From a virus (Duplodnaviria > Caudoviricetes): a stretch of 45,537 nucleotides of DNA. A model generated the notes under the pieces. That model was given only the letters and a program-made list of their open reading frames with translations, was not told where the DNA came from and ran no database searches. Both the position numbers and the translations under genes were made by a program. Positions 8,821 through 17,818 of this stretch are shown piece after piece (position 1 is the stretch's first letter; each line of letters opens with the position of its first letter). The DNA is taken from positions 1 through 45,537 of the IMG/VR virus record IMGVR_UViG_3300012987_000002; one strand, written 5' to 3'.

Positions 8821-9750
8821 ATGGCTGCTACATTCGATCTGATCACGCAGCGGGTGAAGCAGCAATTGCTTGGCTACACCCGAGTGCAAGAGTCCATCTC
8901 CTACCTGTCCCAGGACATGACTGCTACTGACGTCATATTCCAGTGTGATCCGGAGACGTCTACCAACATGTCCCGGGGCATCGTAGAGATCGATGATGAA
9001 ATGCTTCTGGTCAAGAAGGTCGACAGGTCCACCGGACTTGTCAGCGTACTGGCCAACCTGAACGGCAGAGGGGCCGAAGGCACCGATCCAGCCCCTCACC
9101 TGACTGATGCCATCACGATTGCTGACCCTCGCTATCCTCGGGTCCGCATCAAGGAAGCCATCAACGACACCATCAGGGCTATCTATCCCGACATCTGGAT
9201 ATTCGGAGAGTTCGAGTTCCCTTACGTGGCAGCTCGTTACGAGTATCCGATCCCGGCGGAGGCAGAAGATGTCTACAAGGTGACCTGGAACACCATTGGC
9301 CCGTCCGCCATCTGGCGTCCGGCCAGGACCTACAGGTTCAATCCCCAGGCATCCACTGGTTCTCAGGTGAAGCCCACGCCTCCGCCCACAGGCAAGACCA
9401 TTCAGATCCTCGATGGCGGCATTGTCCCTGGACGGGACATCCGGGTGACCTACACCAAGAAGCCCAACGTCCTGGTCAATGGCAACGATGACTTCGAGCT
9501 GACTACCGGACTGCCTGACCGGATGATCGACATGATTACCTACGGCGCCTGCTGGCGCCTGCTGCCCGGCTGGGAAGCCGGTCGACTCCAGCAGCAGTCC
9601 ATTGAATCCACGGAGCGAGCCCCACTCGTTCCGACTGGTGCAGCTTCTGATGCGTCCAAGTACTTCCTTGGTCTGTATCAGCGACGGCTTGACGAGGAGC
9701 GGGACCGACTGTTCCGCCTCTACGAGAACTTCCAGACCTTCAACAGCTAG
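8821..9750 (+). CDS. Putative head-tail adaptor / tail tubular protein
   Basis: Start MAATFD at 8821 with RBS AAGGAG (the ORF-track upstream extension overlaps the previous gene); position in the tail module. Confidence 0.6.
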   Translation: MAATFDLITQRVKQQLLGYTRVQESISYLSQDMTATDVIFQCDPETSTNMSRGIVEIDDEMLLVKKVDRSTGLVSVLANLNGRGAEGTDPAPHLTDAITIADPRYPRVRIKEAINDTIRAIYPDIWIFGEFEFPYVAARYEYPIPAEAEDVYKVTWNTIGPSAIWRPARTYRFNPQASTGSQVKPTPPPTGKTIQILDGGIVPGRDIRVTYTKKPNVLVNGNDDFELTTGLPDRMIDMITYGACWRLLPGWEAGRLQQQSIESTERAPLVPTGAASDASKYFLGLYQRRLDEERDRLFRLYENFQTFNS

Positions 9751-9758
9751 GAGAGACC

Positions 9759-11105
9759 ATGGTAGTCCGCTTCTACAGCTCCGTGGCGCCAGAGACTACC
9801 CTCTCTGCTGGCATCACCAACGCATCCACGTCCATTCAGGTCGGTTCGGTTACGGGCTTCCCGACCAACACCCCCTACACCCTGGCTCTGGACTACGAGG
9901 GAGCCACTGAGGAGCTTGTTCAGGTCAACGGTGCAGCAGGCACTACCCTGACTGTTACCAGGGCCGTGGACGGCACCTCAGCGGCTTCTCACAATGCAGG
10001 CGCCAGGGTGCGTCACGTGTCCAGTGCTCGCGACTTTGCTGATTCAAGGAACCACGAGAACTCCGCAAACGGAGTTCACGGGCTGGCTCCAGGTGAGGAT
10101 CTGGTAGGCACCGACAAGGTGCAGACCCTGAGCAACAAGACCTTCATCAATGCCACTGGTTCCCTGTCGAACATCACCGTCAACAACGTGGGCAACAACG
10201 CCCTGAAGGTCGTCGGAGATCCTGCCAACCCTACCGATTCGGCTATCACCGTTCAGCCCGACACGCTGTCTCCTGTGGTGTTCAGAGTTCTGAACAACGG
10301 CCAGGTCCGGGTGGTCAATGCAGTGGCTATCGACCCGATCAACAACCAGTACAGGATCCGAGTGGTCAAGTCTGGTGGCACTGACATCTTCGCAGTGCTC
10401 TCCGGTGGCTCAGTGACTGCGACCCTGAACAACGGAGCGGATGGATACGGACTGACTGCTTCGCTGGACGATGTAACCCGCCAGGGATTCTTCATCAACT
10501 CGGCAGCGTCGGCTCTGAGGGCAGCCATCTACACCAATGGCACCATGGACCTGAACTGTTCCAGCCCCACCAACGCCATCCTTGACATCAAGATGGCTGC
10601 CGGACAGACCGGCAGCCCTCTCAGGATCCTGGACAGTGGGTCCACCACGATTGCCAGCATCACGGCAGCGGGCACCGTCAGTGCGCCGAACGCCAACCTG
10701 GGTGCGCTGACGGTCACCGGCCCTACAACCTTCACGCCTACGCTGTCTTCCGGCTCTCCGGTCTTCACGGCAGCCAGCGGGTGGACCACGTCCAGCGCAC
10801 TGTCAGTGCAGGTGGCGGGCATGACCACTATCGTCATCGCAGTTACTCGAAGCGGTGGCACCATCACGCCGGACAGCCCTTCCGGCAACCTGTCTCCAGA
10901 CGTTCAGATCGGCACTGTCGCATCTCTGCACAGGCCCAACGCTCTGGTCAGCCAGGCACTCATGGGCTCGATCAGCAACGCTGGCTCAAACGGTACCGTG
11001 CGACTGAACACTGACGGAACTGCCGATTTTGTCGCATGGACTGCCGGTGTCCCGATCGACAACACCACGGGAACCTACCGGTTCACGTTTACGTATCCCT
11101 CGTAA
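9759..11105 (+). CDS. Tail fibre / receptor-binding protein
   Basis: N-terminal TLTVTRAVDGT...H..GARVRH anchor motif, VGTDKVQTLSNKT, beta-rich C-terminus. Confidence 0.75.
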   Translation: MVVRFYSSVAPETTLSAGITNASTSIQVGSVTGFPTNTPYTLALDYEGATEELVQVNGAAGTTLTVTRAVDGTSAASHNAGARVRHVSSARDFADSRNHENSANGVHGLAPGEDLVGTDKVQTLSNKTFINATGSLSNITVNNVGNNALKVVGDPANPTDSAITVQPDTLSPVVFRVLNNGQVRVVNAVAIDPINNQYRIRVVKSGGTDIFAVLSGGSVTATLNNGADGYGLTASLDDVTRQGFFINSAASALRAAIYTNGTMDLNCSSPTNAILDIKMAAGQTGSPLRILDSGSTTIASITAAGTVSAPNANLGALTVTGPTTFTPTLSSGSPVFTAASGWTTSSALSVQVAGMTTIVIAVTRSGGTITPDSPSGNLSPDVQIGTVASLHRPNALVSQALMGSISNAGSNGTVRLNTDGTADFVAWTAGVPIDNTTGTYRFTFTYPS

Positions 11106-11113
11106 GGAGCAAT

Positions 11114-11311
11114 ATGGACTACCCCGGCTACAGGGTCAACGCACGGATCACTGGAACCTCTCCGCTGAATGATCTGGTCTTCTATCTCGACGTTGATAAT
11201 GACCCGACCTTCAATGCTGGCCTCAAGCAGGCAGTGAAGGACTACGTCAACTCCCTGTCTACGGAGTACAAGTCGTTCAAGTTCTACAGCATCACTAGTA
11301 CCGACTTCTAA
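11114..11311 (+). CDS. Hypothetical protein (possible fibre chaperone)
   Basis: RBS TAAGGAG before ATG 11114. Confidence 0.6.
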   Translation: MDYPGYRVNARITGTSPLNDLVFYLDVDNDPTFNAGLKQAVKDYVNSLSTEYKSFKFYSITSTDF

Positions 11312-11325
11312 GAAAGGGGTCCGCA

Positions 11326-13248
11326 ATGGAGGTCGTACGCAAGATCCCCGATCAGCTTTCCGGTCTGGGTTCTGCTGGCTCCGGCCAGTACATTCCACAG
11401 GACAACATCTACGACTACGCCATTGCGGGCCTGCCTTTCCTCTCCGCCATCACGGACAATCGTCCGCACACCAACCGCATGGCACCCATTCGCAAGGAAC
11501 AGTTCGACAACTTTGCAGAGCCTGGCGAGCAGTCCCTCGAAGGCTGGTGGCTCCGGTCGCAGTCGACGTTCAATGGTGGCGCAGGGGTTCTTTATCAGGA
11601 CCCCGACAACGACAATCAGTTCAACTACCGGTTCGCCACTTCACTGGGCATCGACTGCTGGACCAGTGGCCAGCTCAAGCTTCTCAGGAACTCCGTAGCC
11701 AATGGGGCTACGGCGCTGCCCAACAATGTCGTACAGGGCTACGTGACCAACGCTGGCAACAATGCCTACTGGCAGATGGATCAGCACAACCTGGACAAGA
11801 AGACTGCGACTGTCACCAGTGCGATCATCTCTGGAGCTGCTGAAGATCTGCTTGATCTTACGTCGACTGGTGCTACCTACATTGTGGCCAAGTCGACTGG
11901 CATCGTGAAGGGCGTGGATGGCGGAGCACCAACGACCATCTACACCGACTCCACCACGAATGCCATCATCGAGTTCGTGAAGGACCGGCTGATCTACTGC
12001 AAGAACAACCTTGTCTATCAGCTCCTGCTCTCCCCTGCCAGCCCTCCGGCTGCACTGCCTGCTGTCACGTACACCATGCAGGATCCTGATTGGAGATGGC
12101 GGAGCATCACTGACGGGCCTACCTCGATCTACATTGCAGGCGACTCAGGCACCACCAGCCAGATCCACAAGTTCTCTCCGACGCTGGACTCGGGCAACCT
12201 TCCTATCCTGGAATGGCAGGGCGTCACCGCAACCATGCCTGCTGGTGAGCTGATCAATACGATCTACACCTACGTCGGATCCTTTGTAGGCATCGCCACC
12301 AACAAGGGCTTCAGGGTCGGAGAGATCGACTCGAATGGTGACATCACCTACGGCCCGCTCACCATTGAGGTGAGCGGAGGATGCACTGCCATTGTCGGCA
12401 ACGACAGGTTCATGTGGACTGGGTCTACAGCCCAGCACGATGGCTCCTCCGGGCTTTACAGGGTCGACCTGGGTAACCAGATCCAGGAGCAGACGACAAG
12501 GGCTGTACGGTACGCCTACGCCCGTGACATCTACCTTCAGGGAGAGCCGGGTCGAGTGGTCTCACTGACCATGTTCGGCAACTCGGACCGCAAGGTGTTC
12601 GCCATCAACCAGTTCGGTTCCGTCAGAGAGCAGGCGACAGAGCTGCTGCCACAGGGAACACTGGACACTGGTCGCATCAGGTTCAACACCGAAGAGCCCA
12701 AGCTCTACAAGTTCTTCAGTGTCCGGGTGCCCAGTCCACTCGACGGCAATCTTGCAGCCTCCATCCTTACTGAAGGTGGAGGCGTCATTCCTACTGTCAC
12801 CTACGGTCCCACCCAAGGAGGTGGGACCAAGGACATCGGGATCTCTCAGCCTACCGGCCCTCAGAACTGGATAGCCCTGCGGTTCACTCTGTTCCGTGGA
12901 GTCTCGAACTCCAGCATCGGAGCAATCATGAATGGCTGGCAGGTCAAGGCCCTGCCTGGTTCCATCCGCCAGCGCATCATCACCCATCCGTTCCTGCTCT
13001 TCGACGAGGAGACCGACAGGGGCGGACAGGTAATCGGCTACGACGGCTACTGCCAGGAGCGACTGTCGAAGTTCGAAGCGATTGCCCGAGCCGGTGACGT
13101 CGTCCTGTTCCAAGAGCTTGCTTCCCAACTAGTGACCCAGGTGGTTATTGATGACTTCGAGTTCCAGCAGACAGGCCCTCCGGGACCTGATGGTCCGATC
13201 GGTGGATACCTTACCGTCGTTATGCGCACGGTAGCCGAGAGCACCTAG
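11326..13248 (+). CDS. Putative tail nozzle / tubular protein B
   Basis: 640-aa beta-rich protein at the end of the tail module; function assigned by position. Confidence 0.55.
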   Translation: MEVVRKIPDQLSGLGSAGSGQYIPQDNIYDYAIAGLPFLSAITDNRPHTNRMAPIRKEQFDNFAEPGEQSLEGWWLRSQSTFNGGAGVLYQDPDNDNQFNYRFATSLGIDCWTSGQLKLLRNSVANGATALPNNVVQGYVTNAGNNAYWQMDQHNLDKKTATVTSAIISGAAEDLLDLTSTGATYIVAKSTGIVKGVDGGAPTTIYTDSTTNAIIEFVKDRLIYCKNNLVYQLLLSPASPPAALPAVTYTMQDPDWRWRSITDGPTSIYIAGDSGTTSQIHKFSPTLDSGNLPILEWQGVTATMPAGELINTIYTYVGSFVGIATNKGFRVGEIDSNGDITYGPLTIEVSGGCTAIVGNDRFMWTGSTAQHDGSSGLYRVDLGNQIQEQTTRAVRYAYARDIYLQGEPGRVVSLTMFGNSDRKVFAINQFGSVREQATELLPQGTLDTGRIRFNTEEPKLYKFFSVRVPSPLDGNLAASILTEGGGVIPTVTYGPTQGGGTKDIGISQPTGPQNWIALRFTLFRGVSNSSIGAIMNGWQVKALPGSIRQRIITHPFLLFDEETDRGGQVIGYDGYCQERLSKFEAIARAGDVVLFQELASQLVTQVVIDDFEFQQTGPPGPDGPIGGYLTVVMRTVAEST

Positions 13249-13256
13249 GGGGTAAA

Positions 13257-13526
13257 ATGGACTCGGACACCATCGTGCAACTGGCCATCCCTCTGGTGGC
13301 CATTGCATCTGGTTGGAGTGTGGGCAGACGTGGACTGTCCAGGCAGACGATAGACCTTCTCCGCATACGCATCGAGACCATCACGGAAGAGAATGAATCC
13401 AAGACGGAAGAGCTTCGGGGGCTGAGGGCACGCGTTGACGTCCTTGAGAACCTGGTGACTCAGAGAGCTGCGGTGGAAGAGGTCAAGCAGATCGTGGAGC
13501 GCATCGCTGATAGGGTAGGAGCATGA
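13257..13526 (+). CDS. Membrane protein with coiled coil (lysis-associated)
   Basis: N-terminal hydrophobic segment followed by a heptad-rich C-terminus. Confidence 0.6.
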   Translation: MDSDTIVQLAIPLVAIASGWSVGRRGLSRQTIDLLRIRIETITEENESKTEELRGLRARVDVLENLVTQRAAVEEVKQIVERIADRVGA

Positions 13527-13762
13527 CGCCAACATGGATCAGACGGCCCATAATGGTAGTAACCAACCAGAAGGAGCGGGACGTGGTGCTCCACGTCCAA
13601 AAGGCTCTGGGGTGGGCAGAGACGGGCGAGATGGACGAGGGCACAAGAAGCCATCTCCGTGGGCTTCAGAGCCTGTTCGGACTCCAGGTAACAGGCATCC
13701 TGGATCTGGAGACAGCAGAGCAAGTCGAACGACTCCGTGAGTACGGATCGGTGGAGGGATGA
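13523..13762 (+). CDS. Stand-alone peptidoglycan-binding domain protein
   Basis: VLHVQKALG..TGEMDEGT..LRGLQSLFGLQVTGILDLET matches the PG_binding_1 pattern. Confidence 0.8.
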   Translation: MTPTWIRRPIMVVTNQKERDVVLHVQKALGWAETGEMDEGTRSHLRGLQSLFGLQVTGILDLETAEQVERLREYGSVEG

Positions 13763-13765
13763 TGG

Positions 13766-13978
13766 ATGAAGGAATCAACGACGAGAACTGTCCGAACCAC
13801 AGTGCAGTCTCTTATTGCTGTGGCGGCTGTCATCCCTGTCATGTTGCCCGCACTGGGCGTGAAGACGAGTGCGGGCTTTGGTGCGACGATAGTCGTAGTT
13901 GCTGCTGCGATCACTCGGCTGCATCAGGTTCCGGCAATCAACGAGCTGCTTAACAAGTACTTCAAGGTGCCCAAGTAA
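13766..13978 (+). CDS. Holin
   Basis: Two transmembrane segments, RTVRTTVQ start, basic C-terminus; last late gene. Confidence 0.7.
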   Translation: MKESTTRTVRTTVQSLIAVAAVIPVMLPALGVKTSAGFGATIVVVAAAITRLHQVPAINELLNKYFKVPK

Positions 13979-13985
13979 AACCAAG

Positions 13986-14018
13986 AGCCCGGCCCCCAGG
14001 AGGGGCCGGGCCTTTTTG
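13986..14018 (+). terminator. Terminator between the convergent arms
   Basis: GCCCGGCCCC-CAGGA-GGGGCCGGGC followed by CTTTTT. Confidence 0.85.
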
Positions 14019-14029
14019 GCGTTTCAGGA

Positions 14030-14161
14030 CTAATCGTCGAAGGTCCAGCAGGGGGTTTCGATGTCTTCGCCAGACTTTGAGACTATGCCGCAGAGACAGC
14101 ACTCGTCAGCTACGGTCACGCCATCCTCTTCGGACAGCCAGTGCCAGCAGTGACTACTCAC
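14030..14161 (-). CDS. 43-aa Cys/His microprotein (MSSHCWHW...CCLCG...)
   Basis: GTG start with AAGGA RBS; last gene of the minus-strand arm. Confidence 0.6.
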   Translation of the reverse strand: MSSHCWHWLSEEDGVTVADECCLCGIVSKSGEDIETPCWTFDD

Positions 14162-14209
14162 GGTAGATTCCTTCCGCAGCCGATGCAGATGTTGTAGCCC
14201 TTGGGGTTC
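14158..14209. repeat. 52-bp imperfect direct repeat, copy 1 (copy 2 at 14430..14481)
   Basis: 48/52 identical; the two copies flank gene 14209..14433. Confidence 0.9.
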
Positions 14210-14433
14210 TAGCGCTTGGTGATGGTCACATCACCATTGCAGGCATAGGCCTCATTCCACTTGGGAACGACGCCGAGCAGGCCCCTGTAGATTCTGTACA
14301 GGAGGTCTCCATCCTCATAGTCGGAGTCGTCGATGGCATGAGCCATGGCGGCGGCGACAATCTTTGCTTCATCCTCCGTCTCCAGGGTGATGGTGACCGG
14401 ACGGAAGCCGGGGTTTTCTTGTTCGAAGTTCAC
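14209..14433 (-). CDS. Hypothetical protein
   Basis: GTG 14433 overlaps the upstream TGA (GTGA). Confidence 0.7.
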   Translation of the reverse strand: MNFEQENPGFRPVTITLETEDEAKIVAAAMAHAIDDSDYEDGDLLYRIYRGLLGVVPKWNEAYACNGDVTITKR

Positions 14434-14516
14434 GGCAGATTCCTTCCACAACCGATACAGATGTTGTAGCCCTTGGGGTTCGTTGCACCGCAGGGGATGC
14501 AGATCTTCTCAGTCAT
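14430..14516 (-). CDS. 28-aa zinc-ribbon microprotein MTEKICIPCGATNPKGYNICIGCGRNLP
   Basis: CxxCG..N.....CxxCG pattern; coupled at both ends. Confidence 0.7.
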   Translation of the reverse strand: MTEKICIPCGATNPKGYNICIGCGRNLP

Positions 14517-14610
14517 CGGACACCGCCACGATTACGACGAATCCAAGCAGACCGATCAGCATCCACAGCCACCCGAAGTGGTGCACCCATGCGTCCAGGA
14601 ACTCAGTCAT
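14509..14610 (-). CDS. 33-aa membrane peptide MTEFLDAWVHHFGWLWMLIGLLGFVVIVAVSDD
   Basis: Single transmembrane segment; overlaps both neighbours. Confidence 0.6.
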   Translation of the reverse strand: MTEFLDAWVHHFGWLWMLIGLLGFVVIVAVSDD

Positions 14611-14956
14611 CCTGCACCAGCCAGCTGGGGTCTACGTACTTATGATCCGGCTCCTCGTTGGCGGAGAGGTAGGCGTGCGCGATGACTGCATACCCCGCCA
14701 GATCCAGGAGCGAGTCCTTCAGGGACTCGTGCTGAGGACTCGGGTTGTATACGTCGCGAGACAGGGTCTCGATGCGAGTGAACTTGATGCCGATCTGAGC
14801 GAGCATGACACCCAGAGTGCGAGCACCAGAGAACTCCGCAGCCCTCTCGAAGTTACTGAACTCTCCAGTCGGAGCGTAGTCACTGTTCTTCGAGAGCAGC
14901 GTCTCAGCCAGCGTCTCAGCGCTGGCCTGGATGTAGCTGTTCGGATCCTTGCTCAC
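14603..14956 (-). CDS. DUF1599 / nucleotide-modification-associated domain 1 protein
   Basis: KNSDYA..FSNF..IKFTRI..ESLKDSLLDLAGYA pattern. Confidence 0.7.
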   Translation of the reverse strand: MSKDPNSYIQASAETLAETLLSKNSDYAPTGEFSNFERAAEFSGARTLGVMLAQIGIKFTRIETLSRDVYNPSPQHESLKDSLLDLAGYAVIAHAYLSANEEPDHKYVDPSWLVQDD

Positions 14957-15171
14957 TTGATCTCCCTGAAATCGTTGGCCAGGAACTCCAGGAACTCTTC
15001 GATCTCCTCGCGGCTCATCAGCTCCTGAGCGCGATGAGTACCCTCACTTGAGACGTAGATGATGTCCAGACTTTCGGTCTGAAAGTCTATGTCGACATGG
15101 TAGATGTCTTCTGCCTTAACGTCCCTCAGCTTCAGGAAGCTGAGGATCTTGGCTGTTGTCTGTACGTTCAT
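14953..15171 (-). CDS. Hypothetical protein
   Basis: Coupled ORF in the minus-strand operon. Confidence 0.65.
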   Translation of the reverse strand: MNVQTTAKILSFLKLRDVKAEDIYHVDIDFQTESLDIIYVSSEGTHRAQELMSREEIEEFLEFLANDFREIK

Positions 15172-15230
15172 GACATCCTATCGGGCAGCCGCAGTGCGGA
15201 GGGAAGTGCGGAGGATTGGTGCAGTTGTGC

Positions 15231-15512
15231 TCAGACACCGTCGCTTTCCTTCTCGTAATAACTAACTTCGATGGTGTTCCAGCCCAGTTCGCCGAGATAT
15301 CCGACAACCGCCAGCTGCTGGCACTCCACCTTCACGTCATAGTTGGCGTCGACCCAGCCCCGGAACGGCATCTTCTTGGTATACGGGCCGATCAACTCTA
15401 CGTCCTCGAACGACTTACCCTTGAGATTGGGGTAGTTGTCGTGGTTGTGCACACCAGTGGTGGTCACCTTGAACCGGTAGATGGTGGTGACATCCTGCAT
15501 GGACCTAGCCAT
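15231..15512 (-). CDS. Hypothetical protein
   Basis: RBS GGAGAG; part of the operon. Confidence 0.65.
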   Translation of the reverse strand: MARSMQDVTTIYRFKVTTTGVHNHDNYPNLKGKSFEDVELIGPYTKKMPFRGWVDANYDVKVECQQLAVVGYLGELGWNTIEVSYYEKESDGV

Positions 15513-15514
15513 GA

Positions 15515-15661
15515 CTACTCACTCTCTCCGTAACTGGTCTGGCCAGTCGGCTCTGGGGGACGCTCAGCGCTCTGACGATTCTCCTCGTACTGAAGGTCGA
15601 ACTCAAGGCCCTTCACTTCGCCCGAGGCGTTCTCGTCGAACGGAATGTCATTCCACTTCAT
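15515..15661 (-). CDS. 48-aa acidic protein (MKWNDIPF...)
   Basis: ATG 1 nt after the upstream stop; RBS GGAGG. Confidence 0.55.
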   Translation of the reverse strand: MKWNDIPFDENASGEVKGLEFDLQYEENRQSAERPPEPTGQTSYGESE

Positions 15662-15662
15662 C

Positions 15663-16007
15663 TCAGTCCTCCAGGATTCCAGTCGTGATGTACCACGAGT
15701 TGTACTCAGTGCGAGGATTGGGGTTCTCGATGTGGAACTCGGTGTCATTGCCAGTGCCAAGTTCCCGAGGATCGCAGCCCTGACCCTCTGCGATGTTGCG
15801 AAGAGTGGCCATGGCTCCCGCTTCGGTGCGGTGATACCCGACAGTCTCCTCAAGCTCATACGGAGAGTCGACCGGCTTCCACTCGGAGACGACGATGTAG
15901 ATCTCTTCGGGGTTCATCTCTTCCAGTTCCTCTTCGATGGTCGGAATGTACTGAGGCTTGCGAAGGAGCGGACCCGCATTGGGGTCCGCCCTCCAGGTCT
16001 TGCTCAT
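15663..16007 (-). CDS. Hypothetical protein
   Basis: Abuts the primase stop codon. Confidence 0.65.
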   Translation of the reverse strand: MSKTWRADPNAGPLLRKPQYIPTIEEELEEMNPEEIYIVVSEWKPVDSPYELEETVGYHRTEAGAMATLRNIAEGQGCDPRELGTGNDTEFHIENPNPRTEYNSWYITTGILED

Positions 16008-16646
16008 CTACTTCTTGATCCTGTCAATGATTGCCTGTGACCCATACTTGAGGTACGTAGAGTTCACGTCCTCACCATGGGGCAACCGGACCTTGAGGAC
16101 CGGCATTGACAGCTTATCACGCAGGCGCTCGTACAGCTTGTGGCCTGCATCATCAGCGTCGGCAAACACATAGATGCGCGACAGGTCTTCGAACACGTTG
16201 CACCAGTGGTCTTCCCAGTTGCTGGCGCCTGGAATGGCGACAGCAGGAATGCCGATCTGGCGGAGGACAAGAGAGTCCAGCTCGCCTTCGGTGACACCGA
16301 TCCAGTCGATGGCATCGTCGAACGACCTGACCCCATAGAGCGTGGTGTGCTGCCCCTTGGGCTTGAGGTACTTTCCGTGCCCAGCTTCCTTGCAGTCATG
16401 GTCTTGCAGGCATCTGAAGGACATGGCCACAGGCCCAAAGTCCGTGATGTACGGGATCGCAAGGCGACCCTCGTACTGCTCATGGATGGCAGGGGGATTA
16501 CGAACTACCCCAAGTCCTTCGAACCTTGCGTGATCCATTTCGATTCCGCGACCCGCCAGCCATTCGGCTGCTTCGGGTAGATGCTCGGCGTACTGTGACG
16601 CCGTATTCAGCAGCGATTGCCTCTGCTCTTTCGAGAGCTGCGCCAT
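16008..16646 (-). CDS. DNA primase, TOPRIM catalytic part
   Basis: GRLAIPY, VTEGELDS, AIPGA, VFADADDAG, GEDVNS motifs. Confidence 0.9.
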   Translation of the reverse strand: MAQLSKEQRQSLLNTASQYAEHLPEAAEWLAGRGIEMDHARFEGLGVVRNPPAIHEQYEGRLAIPYITDFGPVAMSFRCLQDHDCKEAGHGKYLKPKGQHTTLYGVRSFDDAIDWIGVTEGELDSLVLRQIGIPAVAIPGASNWEDHWCNVFEDLSRIYVFADADDAGHKLYERLRDKLSMPVLKVRLPHGEDVNSTYLKYGSQAIIDRIKK

Positions 16647-16893
16647 ACTCTAGATTCTCCATCTTCATGACGATCTGAATGGCGTTGCCTGCCGGGCAGT
16701 CGGTGTGCGTGTGGCACCTAAACCATCCATCGGCAGTGTTGACAGTAGCCGAAGGTGTCTTGTCGCCATGGAACGCGCACCTAATGGGGCGCGGCCCCAG
16801 ATCCTCGGTGATGCCGTCCTCGAACTCGTACTTCACCAGCACCGGGATCAGATACTCCGGGTACTGAGGCAGCTTGCCTCCGTCCCGTCTCAC
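16498..16893 (-). CDS. DNA primase zinc-binding domain (CHC2-like)
   Basis: CAFHGDKTPSA..FRCHT..C..GNAIQIVMKME. Confidence 0.85.
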   Translation of the reverse strand: MRRDGGKLPQYPEYLIPVLVKYEFEDGITEDLGPRPIRCAFHGDKTPSATVNTADGWFRCHTHTDCPAGNAIQIVMKMENLEYGAALERAEAIAAEYGVTVRRASTRSSRMAGGSRNRNGSRKVRRTWGSS

Positions 16894-17090
16894 TTGTCAC
16901 CCGTACTGATGTTGGGTCGAATAGCCCACCAGAAGCCGCGACGAATGCACTCGTCGAGTATCTTGTCGAGAGCAGACCGAAGATTGACGGCTTCAGGACT
17001 ATCACCGTAGACGATGTGATCGTCTCCGTAATAGACCTTGTCCGACAGTACGCTATGCAGCTCGTTCAGCTCGTCGTCAGTCAGATCCAT
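16890..17090 (-). CDS. Hypothetical protein
   Basis: Coupled ORF. Confidence 0.65.
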   Translation of the reverse strand: MDLTDDELNELHSVLSDKVYYGDDHIVYGDSPEAVNLRSALDKILDECIRRGFWWAIRPNISTGDK

Positions 17091-17490
17091 TGGGCTTCAC
17101 CCTTCCAACTACACCCCACGCTGGGGGGATATTAAGGTACGCGGCCATTCTGGCTACGGCATCCTGATCGTCTCGAAGGTGAGCCAGTACCGAGTTGCAG
17201 GGCTTGCACAGCAGGCCTCGAACAAATCCGCTGCTGTGGTCATGGTCTACCGCCAGCTTCCGGGCCTTCCCGGTAGCTCGTCGGCAGATGTAGCAGACGC
17301 CGCCCTGCGCCTCATAGAGAGCCCCGTACTGGCCAGCCTTAAGTCCGTACGTCCTGAGTACGTACAGCTCGTGAGCGGCCTCTTTGCGGGCCTCCTTGAG
17401 CTCTCGATGACAGGTAGCACACCGAGGCCCGGGGGGCGTCACCTTTCGGGTGACGCTCCCACAGTCCTTGCACGGCTTATTCGTTGACAT
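17077..17490 (-). CDS. Endonuclease VII-like protein
   Basis: QGGVCYIC..LAVDHDH..VRGLLCKPCN. Confidence 0.9.
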   Translation of the reverse strand: MSTNKPCKDCGSVTRKVTPPGPRCATCHRELKEARKEAAHELYVLRTYGLKAGQYGALYEAQGGVCYICRRATGKARKLAVDHDHSSGFVRGLLCKPCNSVLAHLRDDQDAVARMAAYLNIPPAWGVVGRVKPNGSD

Positions 17491-17617
17491 CCTGCACCGT
17501 GATCACGTAGTCCCACTCCCTGAAGTAGCTAGAGAGTGCGGAGTTGATTGCATCCTCAACATCTTCTGTGGCCCAGTGGTCCGGGTGTTCAGTGATGAGG
17601 ATAGAGATGCGCTTCAC
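17477..17617 (-). CDS. 46-aa protein (MKRISILITEHPDHW...)
   Basis: RBS GGGAG; GTGA coupling. Confidence 0.65.
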   Translation of the reverse strand: MKRISILITEHPDHWATEDVEDAINSALSSYFREWDYVITVQDVNE

Positions 17618-17676
17618 TTGCTACTCCCGTGCTCCAGGCAGGGATACTCCCTACCGCACCAGCAGTTAGCTTCCAT
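17614..17676 (-). CDS. 20-aa microprotein MEANCWCGREYPCLEHGSSK
   Basis: Fills the gap and overlaps both neighbours; CxC..C..H. Confidence 0.5.
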   Translation of the reverse strand: MEANCWCGREYPCLEHGSSK

Positions 17677-17818
17677 CGTCCACCATCCCATTTCCATTGC
17701 ACACGGTGCACGTCTCGATGACGTGCTCGATGATCGGATTCCCGTGCCCATCGTAGGCAGCGTGAGGATAGCTGGTCTGCCCATCCCCGCCACATCCTGT
17801 ACAGATTCGCTGCGCCAT
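17666..17818 (-). CDS. DnaJ-type zinc-finger microprotein (50 aa)
   Basis: CTGCGGDG and CTVCNGNG (CxxCxGxG twice); TGATG coupling. Confidence 0.75.
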   Translation of the reverse strand: MAQRICTGCGGDGQTSYPHAAYDGHGNPIIEHVIETCTVCNGNGMVDDGS

